DNA from: Plasmodiophora brassicae
Taxonomy: Eukaryota
Reading direction: 5' to 3'
DNA: 64,000 nucleotides
Assembly (NCBI GenBank): GCA_036867785.1
Contig: CP145419.1
Coordinates: forward strand, 124,001-188,000
The position numbers and the translations under genes were made by a program. Shown one piece after another: positions 22,722 through 34,730 of the stretch. Under the pieces are notes generated by a model. The model saw only the letters and a program-made list of their open reading frames with translations. It was not told the origin of the DNA and searched no databases. The first letter of the stretch is position 1. Every line of letters starts with the position of its first letter.

Positions 22722-22856
22722 TGGCGGGCGGCGGCGCAGTGTCGTTCGGGCCCAACCCCGCGCACTGCAACTGCAAGGACGCACGCACGAAAACCCCCGA
22801 ACGCCGTGCAGACTACTTGTAGGACGCCGTAGGTACTCTGTACGAGGTCTGCGGCT

Positions 22857-23336
22857 TCAGCGACACAGACGCGCTGGTGCTGGTTGCCATTTCGGTTCGC
22901 CGAAAGTCCATTCAACACCGCCCTTGACCATGGTCATCATCTCGGTGTATGTCTCGAGACGCGCAACAAGAGAGGCTCACTCTGGAGTTCGGTGGTCGTC
23001 GAATAACTTCCCTTGGGGCACAAGTACGCACTCGTTAGGACCCAGGGTGGGGATGTTGGTGTACAGCAGCAGTGCAATCGTTGCTCTGCCGCTGCGGTAT
23101 GCAAACGACAATGATCCGTCGTTCCGTTTCGCCACATACAAGCTCTTTTCGTCAGTCTCTGACACGACGCGACCCGCCTCGATATAATCTGGGGACTCCG
23201 ATCGCCCACTGAGCCGGCAGCCCCTGAACTATTCCGGAGAGGAGACAGATGAAGCCGGTCGCCAGTGGCCCGAAGGTCCTCTCTGGGTTGTTCACCCGGG
23301 CAAAATCGAGGTCTTCGACCAGCGATAACTCTTCAT
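22857..23336 (-). CDS. Small hypothetical protein, multi-exon
   Basis: Plausible spliced ORF containing 'PDYIEAGRVVSETDEKSLYVAKR...'. No domain recognised. Confidence 0.3.
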
Positions 23337-23458
23337 GACGGCTCACGAGTCACGAGTCACGACGGAACAGTACGCCGTCTCCGCTGCGGAGAGTCTCGGA
23401 CTCCGTATCGGGATCTCGAGACGCAGGTGCACGGTGCCTCGGTGCCGGTTCGAGCGAC

Positions 23459-24254
23459 ATGTCTGGCGAGCCAGACGAGCGCGGCAATGTTGCCCTGGAG
23501 ACATCCATGGGCGACATAGAGGTCGAACTCTACTGGAACGTATGCGCTTTCGTGTTTGCGTGACTGTGCCGCCGTCTGAACTGGACCTGACGCCCCGTTC
23601 GCCAGGAGGCGCCGTTGGCGTGCCAGAACTTTTACGGCCTCGCCAAGCGACAGTTCTACGACAACGTTCCGTTCCATCGCATCTGCAAAGTAACGTCTGC
23701 ACTGGCAACGTTGCGCACTCGTAAACTAACGACTTGCTTGCACAGGAGTTCGTCATTCAAGGTCCGTTTCACCCCGCGTGTGGCCTGTGGGGATCGTACT
23801 GACCAACGGGCAGGTGGTGACCCGACCGGTACCGGGCGTGGTGGCTCATCAATTTGGGATGCGCCGTTCCAGGACGAGCTGACCCCTGCCCTGAGACATA
23901 CTGGCGCCGGCATCGTCTCCATGGCGAACAGCGGCCCGAACACTAACAAGAGGTACGTTATGCCTTTTCGTCCATCATCCAGTGGGCTATGTTTGTGACA
24001 TGGACGACAGCCAGTTCTTCATCACTCTCGCGCCCACACCATGGCTTGACGGTTAGTGGGCGGCCTCAGCACCAGGCGTTCCGAATGACAATTGGCGTTG
24101 GGTAGGAAAGCACACGATATTTGGGCGTGTGTCCAGTGGCATGAAAGTGGTCCGGCGCATGAGCCTGGTCCAGGTCGACGGTAACGACCGGCCCGTCGAG
24201 GACATTCGCATCCATCGCGCTCGCTGCCTGCCAGTGTCCGATAGAGACCAGTAA
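23459..24254 (+). CDS. PPIL1: Spliceosomal cyclophilin, PPIL1-like, multi-exon
   Basis: '[14 protein letters not shown]', '[19 protein letters not shown]', '[42 protein letters not shown]'. Confidence 0.92.
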
Positions 24255-24314
24255 ACATCGTGTGGGCATTGCTGGCGCGGCTGTATTCGTCATGGGCTCC
24301 GTCTTTCCCTCTCT

Positions 24315-24815
24315 TTACAACTCGCCAGTCGGGATGCGACGGTGCGTCTGTTGTGTCGGCGGCTGCTTGCTCTTCTCGGACGGGTAGTTGCCGGTCTCCT
24401 GTTTCGTGTGCTGATGGTAGGAGCAGAAACCCGACTTGGACGTCGGGCTGCTTTTGTTCTGGCAGTCCTTTGTCGCGCATCGCTTCGTGGGCGCCTTCGT
24501 GTTCGTCTGCGGCGCCGTCTCCGTCGTTTCCGGTTCGCGTAGGAACGTTCGCGTGATCTGCGACAGGTCCTTGATGGCCCCGCCCGTGTAGGGTGTTGAC
24601 GTCGTCCCTGATCCCTTGGCTACGCGGTCACGACCCGCAAGGCCAAGCCCCTTCCTGTAACGGCGGTTAGGTCAAGGTTCCCGTGTGCTTGCTTCCCACA
24701 TGACATACCCGGTGTCGGCATCGAATCGGTGCTGGTGCGAGCCCGTGTAATTCTTTGGGTTCGTGTTTCGCTCAAGGAACGACGACGCCGTGCTCTTCTT
24801 GTTGCTGGACGACAT
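24315..24815 (-). CDS. Small protein with a partial p25alpha (TPPP-type) domain and a C-terminal Cys/His motif
   Basis: Two exons: 'YTGSHQHRFDADTG|KGLGLAGRD...IKDLSQITR', then 'CATKDC...FCSYH'. Confidence 0.8.
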
Positions 24816-24985
24816 GGCCTGCTTTCGACTGTTCTGTTTCAGTGGCGAACTGGTGAATGGCGGCGGCGGAGGGCGCGTGCCACTCTCTCTGCATGACACA
24901 ACGCCATGGGCCATAGGAAAGCAACACCACCATCCGTTTAATACAGGGACGTGACGATGATGAGCCAGCATTGGGCTTGGGACGG

Positions 24986-25792
24986 TCAATGAGAGCCGCG
25001 TCGCTTCCGGCCCTTGTTGCCTTTCGGCTTCTTGCCCGACGTGCTGCCAGTCGACCACCGCCGGGACACCGTGCCTTCGTGACCCATCCTGTTCAGCTTG
25101 CTCAGCGTCATCGGTTCTGCCCGTGCCGCCTTCTCTTCGGCAAGCTTGCGTTGCGCTTTCCTCTGCCATCGCTTGCGATGGTATCCGGGGTCGCTGCCTT
25201 CCGCGCTCGCTGCCTCATCGAAGGCTTCCACAAAGGGGCTGCGTGAAAGTTCCTTGGCGGCGACTGACGCGTCATCAGTGCTGCTACCGGCATACGCTTC
25301 ATCAACACGGGCTTGATTGCCTTGGGGATCTCGACCGTGTCCTGGCAGGCCGGGGTCGTAGGTGCCCGTCAACGGGGGCGCATCGGAACCCGATGATGAC
25401 GATGATGCGTGCCCGAGAGCCAACAGGTTCTGGAGAACGTGCGATACAATACCGATAACGTCGAGGTCTTGGTCGTAATAGATGTCCTTCGGCGACGCAT
25501 AGGAGCTGTTCCCCTGGGCTCCAAGCGGCGCGCTTGGAGCCCAGACCGTACTGTACTCCATGACCGGCGCACGGCTACGGATGGCGGGTGCTTCGGACGA
25601 AGCAGATACAGAATAGAACGCGGTCTGCAGGCTCGGCAACGAACACACGACGCTGTCGGCAGGGCGGCGTTTGACGCCCGGGTCCGCCGCACGGGGATAG
25701 AACGCCTCGGCATGCGGGTTCAGCTTCACGGTGACAGCGGCGCCGACCGCCGACAGCAGAACGAGGACGGATACCGGGAGGAACGTGGCCAT
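24986..25792 (-). CDS. Secreted protein with a PAM2 motif and a basic C-terminus (candidate effector)
   Basis: Signal peptide 'MATFLPVSVLVLLSAVGA', then 'KLNPHAEAFYP'. Tail 'KRWQRKAQRK...KKPKGNKGRKRRGSH'. Confidence 0.7.
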   Translation of the reverse strand: MATFLPVSVLVLLSAVGAAVTVKLNPHAEAFYPRAADPGVKRRPADSVVCSLPSLQTAFYSVSASSEAPAIRSRAPVMEYSTVWAPSAPLGAQGNSSYASPKDIYYDQDLDVIGIVSHVLQNLLALGHASSSSSGSDAPPLTGTYDPGLPGHGRDPQGNQARVDEAYAGSSTDDASVAAKELSRSPFVEAFDEAASAEGSDPGYHRKRWQRKAQRKLAEEKAARAEPMTLSKLNRMGHEGTVSRRWSTGSTSGKKPKGNKGRKRRGSH

Positions 25793-26211
25793 GGTCGCGC
25801 AGCAGCAGTTCAGACTCTCACACCCGCGTCTGACTCGCGTGTGACGCAAACGGACGGAACTGCGCGCGGGATTCTGCGCTTGCGGGACCACGTGGACAAT
25901 GCGGGCGGCGGAGTTACAGTATGTCCGCGGTGCGGCGCTCGGCACCACCTGGCCAATGGCAGACCTGGAGCCACCAGCACGCGCCTGGCCCGAGAGACGC
26001 TTCTCCCGCCCGCCTGCCGCGGTCGACAAACTAAACTCAACATAGCAATATCGGTGCTGGCAGTCTTGTGTGTTAAACATATCACCCTGGCAACCATAGG
26101 GCGCCCACTCATATATCACCCCCGGACCCCGCCCACGGTGTCCGTGGCGCACCAACCTCAATACATTACATTGCTTTACTTTAGGCATCACAGCGAACAC
26201 GCGCTAGCAGT

Positions 26212-29200
26212 TTAGGCAACCTGGTTTCGCGGATTCGAACGTCCAGATTCATGTGAAGACTGCCCGTTACTGGACGTGCGCTCAATTCGGCAAGCCGATT
26301 CGAAGATATCCTCCGATGCCAGGTCGACGTCTAGGTCGGATGAGGGTGCCTCGTGCAGTGGTCCAGCGCGGACCGTTGCAGGTTCAGTCGACATCGCGGT
26401 GCCTGAAGGTGCAGATCTAGACGCCAAACGCACTGACCTGTGTGAGACGGACGACACCAAGTGCTCTGCTGGCAACGCCTCGGCAACGAACAGTTCGACC
26501 CGTTGCCCTGCCGAGTGAGGTTCGTTCCAGATTACAGCTAACCCATTACTGGACGTGCAGATTTGCCACGCCATCTCGAGGATTTCCTCTGTGGCAAGGT
26601 CTACTTCTGCCCAGGAAGATGCAACCTTCGCCTCCTGGATTGGCCCGGCCGGAATCGACGCAGGTTCAACCAATATCGTATTGGCGGATGGTACAGGGCC
26701 CGAGTACAGGTAACCAGGGGCACTGGCTTCTCTCCGTCCGTCGTCATTCTGCCACTGGGCAGACGCTGTGATCCCAAACATAGCAAGCTTGTCCAATGAC
26801 GACGAGTGTTTCGCACTCACACTTAACCTCTCGGAAACGATGTTGTTCCCGACAGTGCGAACGCAGAACACAAGAACAAGGATGATGGAGAGAACTTCGC
26901 ACGCCAAGAACAGGGTGTAATACATTGTATACCCAGCGAGATAAGCATCTGGATCCACAATGGAAAACACCCACAGAGCGCTCTGGCATGATAGCGCCAG
27001 ACAGAACATGGTGCATACCGAGCATATGAACCGGCCGATGCTCGTGTACGTCCTGACCTGGGTGCTGCCCGCCTTGCGCAGGATGTTGAACAAGGCGCGT
27101 CCGCAGTACAGGAAGTACAGACTGCATGCCAGGCAGACCATTCCGACCAGCAACGACGCAGCATCAATGAGGGCAACAGCGAGCGGCACGGATCCGAACA
27201 CGGTTACGCTCGTCTGGAAGAAAACACCACCGATAACCAGGCCGGGTACGCCAACCGCGACGGCGAGGTTGCCAAACAGATACGGGCGGACGAAACCTTC
27301 CAGAGGGGAGCGATGATGACTCGTCGACAGCTTCTGGATGCGGTCGCCGGTGGACCAAATCATTACGATGAAGAACGTCAGCAGGAGGGACATAACGCAG
27401 GCGGGGAGGACTGACAGGGCCGCCACCGCCACCAGTGCGGAACCCGCGTACTGAATGTTCACTGCGCAGATCGCCGTCCGAACGCCGCATACCACAAGGG
27501 ACAGCACCAGAAGCGTGCACAGGGAGCGCCGCGCCTGCACTTTATCGACATGTCGATAGGTGCTGGCGAGCAGTACCAACGTGGCGCACATTGCCGCCAC
27601 ATACATCCAGAGGAACGTTCGATGGACGTGGGAAGCATCGTCGATCATGACGGCGACGCCGGGCCCTTGATCCGATGGGGAATTCCCGCTACCGACAACG
27701 GTCGCGATGATAGCGAAGTCGGTTAAATGTGTACAGGAGCAGGTCACCGAACCGTTTCCGTTGGCAGTGGTTGTGCATCCGGCATCGTTCCACACGCCAC
27801 GAGTCTCGTTGAACGTAACGCATAGCGGGCGCATCGAACCGTTGACAGGCACGAGCGGCGTCATGGTGACGTTAATCGGTGACGATAAATTACGTATCGA
27901 CAGTGGGATCCGGGCGCTGCCAGGGTCACTCATTCCGACATGGTAGGCGCGAAGAGTTAGGACGTTGGAGATGGCGTCGCTCGGTAGCGGGACGTTCTGC
28001 GGCAGATGGGACCAGGTCGTGGCCTGAATGCCAACGTAGCCGGAGGCATTGGCAACGCTCCAGAACGCGTCCGGGATGCTGATTCGGTTGATAGGGCCGG
28101 CACAGTGGTTGCTGGTTGCATGCCGCATCTCGTCAACCATCCAGACGTCGGTCGCGAAGCTGGACGTTGCCAGTGGCAATGCCGGCTGGCAAGGCACAAC
28201 GAGCGCCAGCTGCGCCGATGCAATCATGTCAACGGCCGAATGCTCAGCGAGCGTCGCACCGGTGACATTCGCCAGGCGGTTCGCCGTTATCACCGCCGAC
28301 ACTGAGTTCGCCAGCGCGTCAAGGCCCCGCAAGGACAGGGCTTGCTGCCGCTCCATCGACTGCTGCATGAGATCCATGACGAACGACAGGATCGGCTGCG
28401 TGGCGTTCGCCATGAGCTGCTCGGGGCGTGCCGTCAACGTGCTCAGCAGACGGGCGCAATCGTCGGCGTTCACCGGCACAGGTTGGGCACACGTCGACAT
28501 CAGAGCCGATAGATACGCCGACCGGGCCGCCCTCACATCGGACGTAGCTGTCGCGTCCGACATTGCGTTCAGCACGAGCGATGCCATCTGCAGGCTGCTG
28601 ATGGCGGCACGCGTCGACGCGGTTACCTTCGTGACCATGACGTTCCGCGGAAGCGTGCCAGGCGGCCCGGGATGGACCTGCACGATTGCCCAGGCCGGAG
28701 CGGACGGCACCGATTCCATATCAGGGATCGCTCTGACAATGACCTTCAGGGCGTCGTTACGATCGCGGTCGCCTCGTGGCAACGTTGTACGAACCGTCGA
28801 CGAATTTGCATTCGCGATCGGGTATTCGGTTCCGGATGGGTCGTCCAGGAAACTGTACGTGAACATGTAGGTGAATGGCGTTCGGGTACCATGCCAGCCC
28901 GAGGTCGTGATGTCAAAGAGAGTGGACAACTCCACCTGTGCGGCATCGGACCAGGTGACGTTGACGAAGCCTCCAGTCGGAACGGAGGGGATGGCGAGCG
29001 CGATGGAGCCATTAGCGGATGCGGTGCCGCCATACTGTGCCCATAGAGCGAACTGATACGAGCGCCCGTAGGCAAGCGCGTTCGGGGCCAGAGTCAGGGC
29101 GAGAGTGTTGGTCGAGGGTGTGAGGATGTATGGCGATGTCACCGAAACGTCCAGCGCGTCGCAGCTCCATTGTGTTGTTAGCTGGCGCAAGTCGACGCCG

Positions 29201-30508
29201 TTGGGGACGGATCCATACAGCGTCAACGGGGTGGTTGGATCTCGGACGGCAGGGCCTCGAATCGACACCCGAAACGATGCCTGGCATGGTGCCGTTGAAC
29301 GTCTCTGCGTTGTCAGTCGACGTCGTCGCGTGGTGGCGGTCGGTGAGTAGCTCGTCAGGTTCTGGAGGACGTACAGGTTGAGCGTCGTGATCCTCAGATT
29401 CCCGTACAAGCTCCTGGTTGGACGGTCGGGTTTGCATCCTGATATCAATGGGCAAATATGCAATCGTACAGGGACTGGAGGCGCGTCAATGTAGATCTTG
29501 CGTTCAGGGCGGTCAACCGATTCCCCGCTATCGTCCTGACAAGCGACCGGTACATCACTATGAGCGGCGCCAAAGAGCACCCACGACGAGGGATAAGTAC
29601 AGCGTTCGTAGTTGGGTAAGAGTCGCGAACGTGCCCTCAGGAAAGCTGGTGACCGAATCGTAGCCAAGACCCAGTGTCTGCAGGTTCGTCAAATGCCTGA
29701 ACGCGCCCACTGGAATGGCAGAGAGCCGGTTATTGCCGCCGATTTGCCTACGCCCGAGCAGCAGTGACCATCTGAAGACCTGGACGGAATCACCGGGGCC
29801 CTTACAATGTAACCAGTTCCGTCATGGTGTCGAAACTTCCAGCGATCAGGTACGGAATATCGTTGTTCGACAGCATCCTGGCAGCACTGTGTGAGTCCCA
29901 GCGGGCGTAGTTTGATTGCCCACTCCCGGCAAACAGTTGCTGAAGATGGGTACTGAAGGTGCCAGGCGGAATCATCGCCTGGGAGACCTTGTTGTTGTTC
30001 AGGTTCCTGTCACGTAACTTAGCTTGCTAGTTTTAGCACTGGCAGCAGGCCATCGACGGAGATACAGTTGCAGTAACTGGGCCATGTTCGTGAAGGCCCC
30101 TGTGGGAATCATTGTGATCCCGTTACCCTGTAGGTTTCTGGACCCGTACAAGTCAGTTCAAGGGACGTCGTGCGAATGGCCGCCCATGGTCCGACATGTC
30201 GGTACACGATGTCAGCAAGTCGAACGCGCCGGGTGCCAGGCCGACAACGCCCGGGCTGCCGCTGATACGGACGCTCTGAATCTGGCCGACATTGGACAGC
30301 GTCGAGAACCAGGTCGAGTTGATGGTCCCCGCAACTGTCGATACGGACGACGTGTCACTGAACCGACAACGTCAGCATTGCAATATGGTCTGCCTGACTG
30401 CCACCCGCCCTACATGGTAGTCGCAGTGCATGTTATCGCATACCAGCAGCATATGTTCGCGTCCGCGACGCCGACGATCGCTAGCGCGGTCGCCACGACG
30501 GGCCACAT
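26212..30508 (-). CDS. LRR + REJ-like + GAIN/GPS + 7TM receptor (adhesion-GPCR/polycystin-1-like)
   Basis: Signal peptide 'MWPVVATALAIVGVADA' and short LRR exons at ~29400-30370. Large last exon with REJ-like 'P.GG...LSTLFDITTSGW...PFTYMF.Y', GPS 'CVTFNETRGVWNDAGC...TCSCTHLTDFAI' and about seven hydrophobic helices. Confidence 0.88.
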
Positions 30509-30806
30509 GGACCCGCCGACCCGTTGTCGTGGACGGGTGTTCCCGACCCGAGCCCACCGGACCGTACGGTGCCGACCGCCTGTGATATCCACCCCCTCTT
30601 CGCGCGCTGCTGGCTCCCCGCCTAGTCCCTCCTGACCAGGATTCCATCGACGAGGATGTACCTTGGTCAGATCGACGTACTGTATTGATCGCGCACGGGC
30701 GGCATCGCCAAAAATATCGTCGGGGCCCGTCTGTGTCCGGTTGGGGGCAACGGCGACGCCCGACGGCCACCCGGGGACGGTGCCCAACGGGCGGGGACCG
30801 CTGATA

Positions 30807-32884
30807 ATGACGGCCGAGATCAAGGCGGCGCTGTCCCGCCTGGATATCACAGCGCACCAGCAGCTGCCGTTCCTGTTCAACATGATCCGGGAGCAGCCGC
30901 GCGCGCACTGGTCTCTGCTGCTCTCCGACTACGTGGTGTTCCCGCTGGCCAACAACCCCGATTCCAGCGACATCTTCAGGCAGGTCCATGGGCGTTCGCA
31001 CGTGAAAACCGTGTCGCTTACATGGGGCGGGCATCTGCACAGGAGCTTTCTCGACCACGAGTGGAGGAACTGGGTTTGGCCGTTCTTTGAGCGAGACTCG
31101 GTCGGGGATCTGCTCAGCCGCCAGGACGAGCGCACGCTGTTCACCGTGGCGATGAACATGTTGGTATCCCCGCCTGCTGCGGTTCGACGGCCAGCCGTGA
31201 ACATGATTCCAGTTTTGCGCTCGTCCACCATTTCGTCTTCATGCATCAGGCGGACGCGTTCGGCCAAGTCGTTGGCGATACGTTCTCCCAGCTTCAGCAG
31301 TTTGCAGGATGGGTACTGCCCCGCGCTCGACGCACACCGTTCGGTGCCCTTTCGTAGCGGCTCTCTGCTGATGGCCGCTGTGGTCGCAGGATGATGAGGC
31401 AATTATGCTGGCGAGATTGATCCTGTATGCCAGTGCGAACAAGATCACGATGAGCGCGCCGGTGCTCAGACGGGACGTGTTCCACGCTGGATGGTCGAAC
31501 CTCGTTCAGTTTTGCATGACGGTGGAGAATTTCGTCTTCTTCTCGCCGAACGTCGTCACGAGGCCGAAAGCGAAGCTCGAGGCTGGGTTTCACATCGACT
31601 CCGATGGCGTGTTCCTGGACCTGCTGTTGTATGTGATCATACTATCATTTACACGCCGGCTGTCTTATACGTGTCCGTCGACCAGAGTCGAAACGACGAT
31701 GAAGATCCTACGCGATTCGCTCAAGATTGAAACGCTTGCCAGTCAAGCCGAGACTGACAAGCGCGTCTCCTCTAGGCAGAAGCAGCTTCAAAAGCAAGGC
31801 ATGGAAAACCTGAATTACTTCGTGCTGCTGTACAACTTCTTCCAGGCGTTTGAGGACGGTACGGCGACCGATGAGCACAAGGTGCCGAACGGCTATTAGT
31901 TGCTGGACAGCGTGTTCTGGCGTCACTGACAGGCCTCTAGAACGAAATCGTCAAGGCCACTTCGAACCGCCACAAGAACAGCAGCAAAACCAAGCTGAAG
32001 GAATGCATTGACTCGTTCTCAGAAGCCCTGGACCAGCAGAAGCGAAATCAACAGGTTGCTGTGCCGTATCGTTGCAATGCCGACTCGCAGCCGTCTGACG
32101 CGGTTGTAGCTCGCAGGAGCGGCTTCGCTGGCACGAAGGGTCTACTTCAAGGTCGTCATCCTGCTCCGTTGTTGCCTATAACGTTGGCCACTGATACGTC
32201 TGGCAGGTTAACGACACAATCCAGGTGCGGACAGAGTCGCCGTCGCCAAACAAGGCCGGCGGGAAGCTGGGCGCTCCCAAGACCAAGCGGGAAATGACGA
32301 TAAGCGACAGAGAGAACCAGTACGAGAACACAATTCCGATCTTGAACATGAATTCTGGCAAGCGCGCCCCAGCATCAGGCGCTGTTGCTGTTCCGCATTC
32401 ACCGGCCCCTGCTCGAGGTCAGTGTTTCCGTTGTTCGTCGCCTCGCTGATCCGCCTCATGTCATGCGCGCGCAGACGTTAACCGTGCAATCAAGGACATC
32501 CATTCGGAACTCGAGAAGACGGCCGTGAAGGCGGACACCAAGTCTGACAGCGCGGGCGGCACCGCATCCGAACAGTTCGCCAATCACTGGGCCAAACTTC
32601 AGGGCGCATTCGACGACTATCAGCGCATTCTGCGCCTCGAGGAGCGCGCCGTGCTGGAGATTATCGACAGCAGCGGTGGCGATAAGATGTCGGCAGCGGC
32701 CACAACGGCTATGCAACGCGAGAAGGCAATCGTCGATCAGATGACGGCCCTGGAGAAGCAGCTTCGTGGCAGAGCCGACGAGTTGCGGACGATTGGTCTG
32801 AAGGCGATCCACAAACGCGAAGCATCCGCCGAGTCGGATAACGAGCACCGGCAATCGGGCGAAGGCGTATGCTCGATCCAGTAG
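30807..32884 (+). CDS. Hypothetical multi-exon helical/coiled-coil protein
   Basis: Chain of + strand exons ('MTAEIKAALSRL...', 'MLARLILYASANK...', 'WAKLQGAFDDYQRIL...') with GT-AG gaps. The 3' end is uncertain. Confidence 0.6.
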
Positions 32885-33857
32885 CAGAGCGACGGGCCAA
32901 GCCGGCACTGCCGAACGTTGAATCCCACGGTAAGATGGTTTCTTTTAAACAGGACGAACTTCAGCGAACGATATGGAGTACGCAAGCCTGGACCGATGCA
33001 GGATGTCGCTCCACGCCGCCACATCGGCAGCATCCTGGCAAACAGCCGTTAGACGACGATGAACGCGGGATGGACAGCGGGGCAAATCGAGTTACTTTGT
33101 GCAGGACGACAAGGCACATGAATCGGCGGCCGTGCTCGGGATCGGGGCCATACTCAGCCAGCGTTACGTGTCGAACGTGGTTCGCGTCCGGCAGACGTCT
33201 GATCATGTCGTCGATGACGTGGCTGGCGTTGGCACCTGACTCGCACGAGAACGATATGTAACGATGCACGAACTTGACGTGCGGTGACACCATCACCGCC
33301 GACAGGTCGTGCGTGTCCATCGGACGTGCCTGCGCGGACGTCATCGCCGCCCTGGCGCCGTTTGCTACTACGCCGTCGAGTCCGTGTAATGGGCCGAACA
33401 CTGCCGTCAACCCAGCGTCACTCGGGGCGTCGAAGCTCGCTGCGCGCCTGACCATGAGTTGTGGGCCGATCCCGCTGGCGATGCGCCGCGCCTACCTGTT
33501 TGCTGATGCTCCCAGTCGCCCGCTGAGCACATTGACGATGAGTTCGACTCCGATTCGCTGCCGTCGACAACGGCCGCCATGGACGCTGTTACGTTTGCGG
33601 GCGTCACCGGGCGGCGGCCTTTGTGGGGAAGACCACCGGACCGGGGACTTCGACCGCGGGTGCGCACTGCAGGTGCAACGGGCCGGCCGCGCAAATCGCG
33701 CTGTCCGCCACGGGGCTGCCGCCGCCACCGTTCCATTTTCTCGTCCCTGACACTGGTTTCGTTGCAGCCCCGCTGCGCCACAGGTCACGGACTTTCCCTC
33801 CATGGCAGACGAAGGTTCGCTCGCGGAAGGCACCCGGTTTCCGTTTTGCGAATAAGT

Positions 33858-34730
33858 TTATGCCTGTTCTGGCGGGCAGTACTTGTTCGACGACGTGATG
33901 CTGACCGTGCCGACGACGGCGTGGTGCTCGGACAGGTCCTCGAGTGGGCCGACGTACCCGCTTTCGACGGCCACGGTCCGATTCGCGACCTGGACGCCGG
34001 CGTCGTCGTCGTCTAGAGCGACCACGTAATCAATCAGGGCCGCTCGTCGGTCCGGATGCCGACGTTGCGCGTGCAGGTTCGTGGTCGGGTCCCAGGACCG
34101 CCAGTCGCCCTGGCGCTCGACGAGCGGCGGCCGCGCGCGCAACGCCTTCAGCATGTCGTCATACTCGTGATTCTCCATATCGACATTCATGTCGCCGGCG
34201 ACGACCACCGGGACGAGGCCGCCGCCCCGCTCGTTGCGCCGCCGATCCAGAAACCGACGTATCTGTCGCAATTGCCGCTGGCGCACGAACCTCGCCAGGC
34301 AACCCGATCCCGACTGCAGGTGCGCGCCCAGGACGGCAACGGCCTGGCCCCGGACGACGGTCTCGACGTAGACGAACCCTTTGGTGGCGAACAGGTCGAC
34401 GCCGCATGACGCGTGGAAGACGCGCGACGCCTCGTATTTGAACGGCGTCCGGGCGCTGATAAAGACGCCGCCAGTGAGGGGCGCCCACGACCGGGACGGC
34501 TGCGCCGTGTAGTGCAGGCGGTGGTCGCCGGCGAGCGCACGCTTCGCCGCTGACGAGAACGCCGCCGTGAACACGACAATGTCGCTGTAGGCGATCGGGT
34601 AGGCGCCCGGGATCATCTCCATCCGGGGATGGTTGGGCGGCAGGCGCATCAGCGTCTGGATCGGGGCCGGGAACGACTGCACGCTGTACGTCGCGATCTG
34701 GATCGGGTCGGGCGGGTCGGCGTCCCCCAT
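33858..34730 (-). CDS. Sphingomyelinase C-like EEP-fold phosphohydrolase, intronless, with a divergent active site
   Basis: 'IATYSV', 'DIVVFTAAF', 'GGVFISAR', 'KGFVYV', 'AHLQS', 'VAGDMNVD', 'IDYV', 'LSEHHAV'. Confidence 0.82.
   Translation of the reverse strand: MGDADPPDPIQIATYSVQSFPAPIQTLMRLPPNHPRMEMIPGAYPIAYSDIVVFTAAFSSAAKRALAGDHRLHYTAQPSRSWAPLTGGVFISARTPFKYEASRVFHASCGVDLFATKGFVYVETVVRGQAVAVLGAHLQSGSGCLARFVRQRQLRQIRRFLDRRRNERGGGLVPVVVAGDMNVDMENHEYDDMLKALRARPPLVERQGDWRSWDPTTNLHAQRRHPDRRAALIDYVVALDDDDAGVQVANRTVAVESGYVGPLEDLSEHHAVVGTVSITSSNKYCPPEQA

Noticed and set aside
26212-29667. 1151-aa ORF as a complete protein
   Set aside because: Its first ~85 residues read through introns and off-frame LRR exons. 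The real gene starts near 30508.
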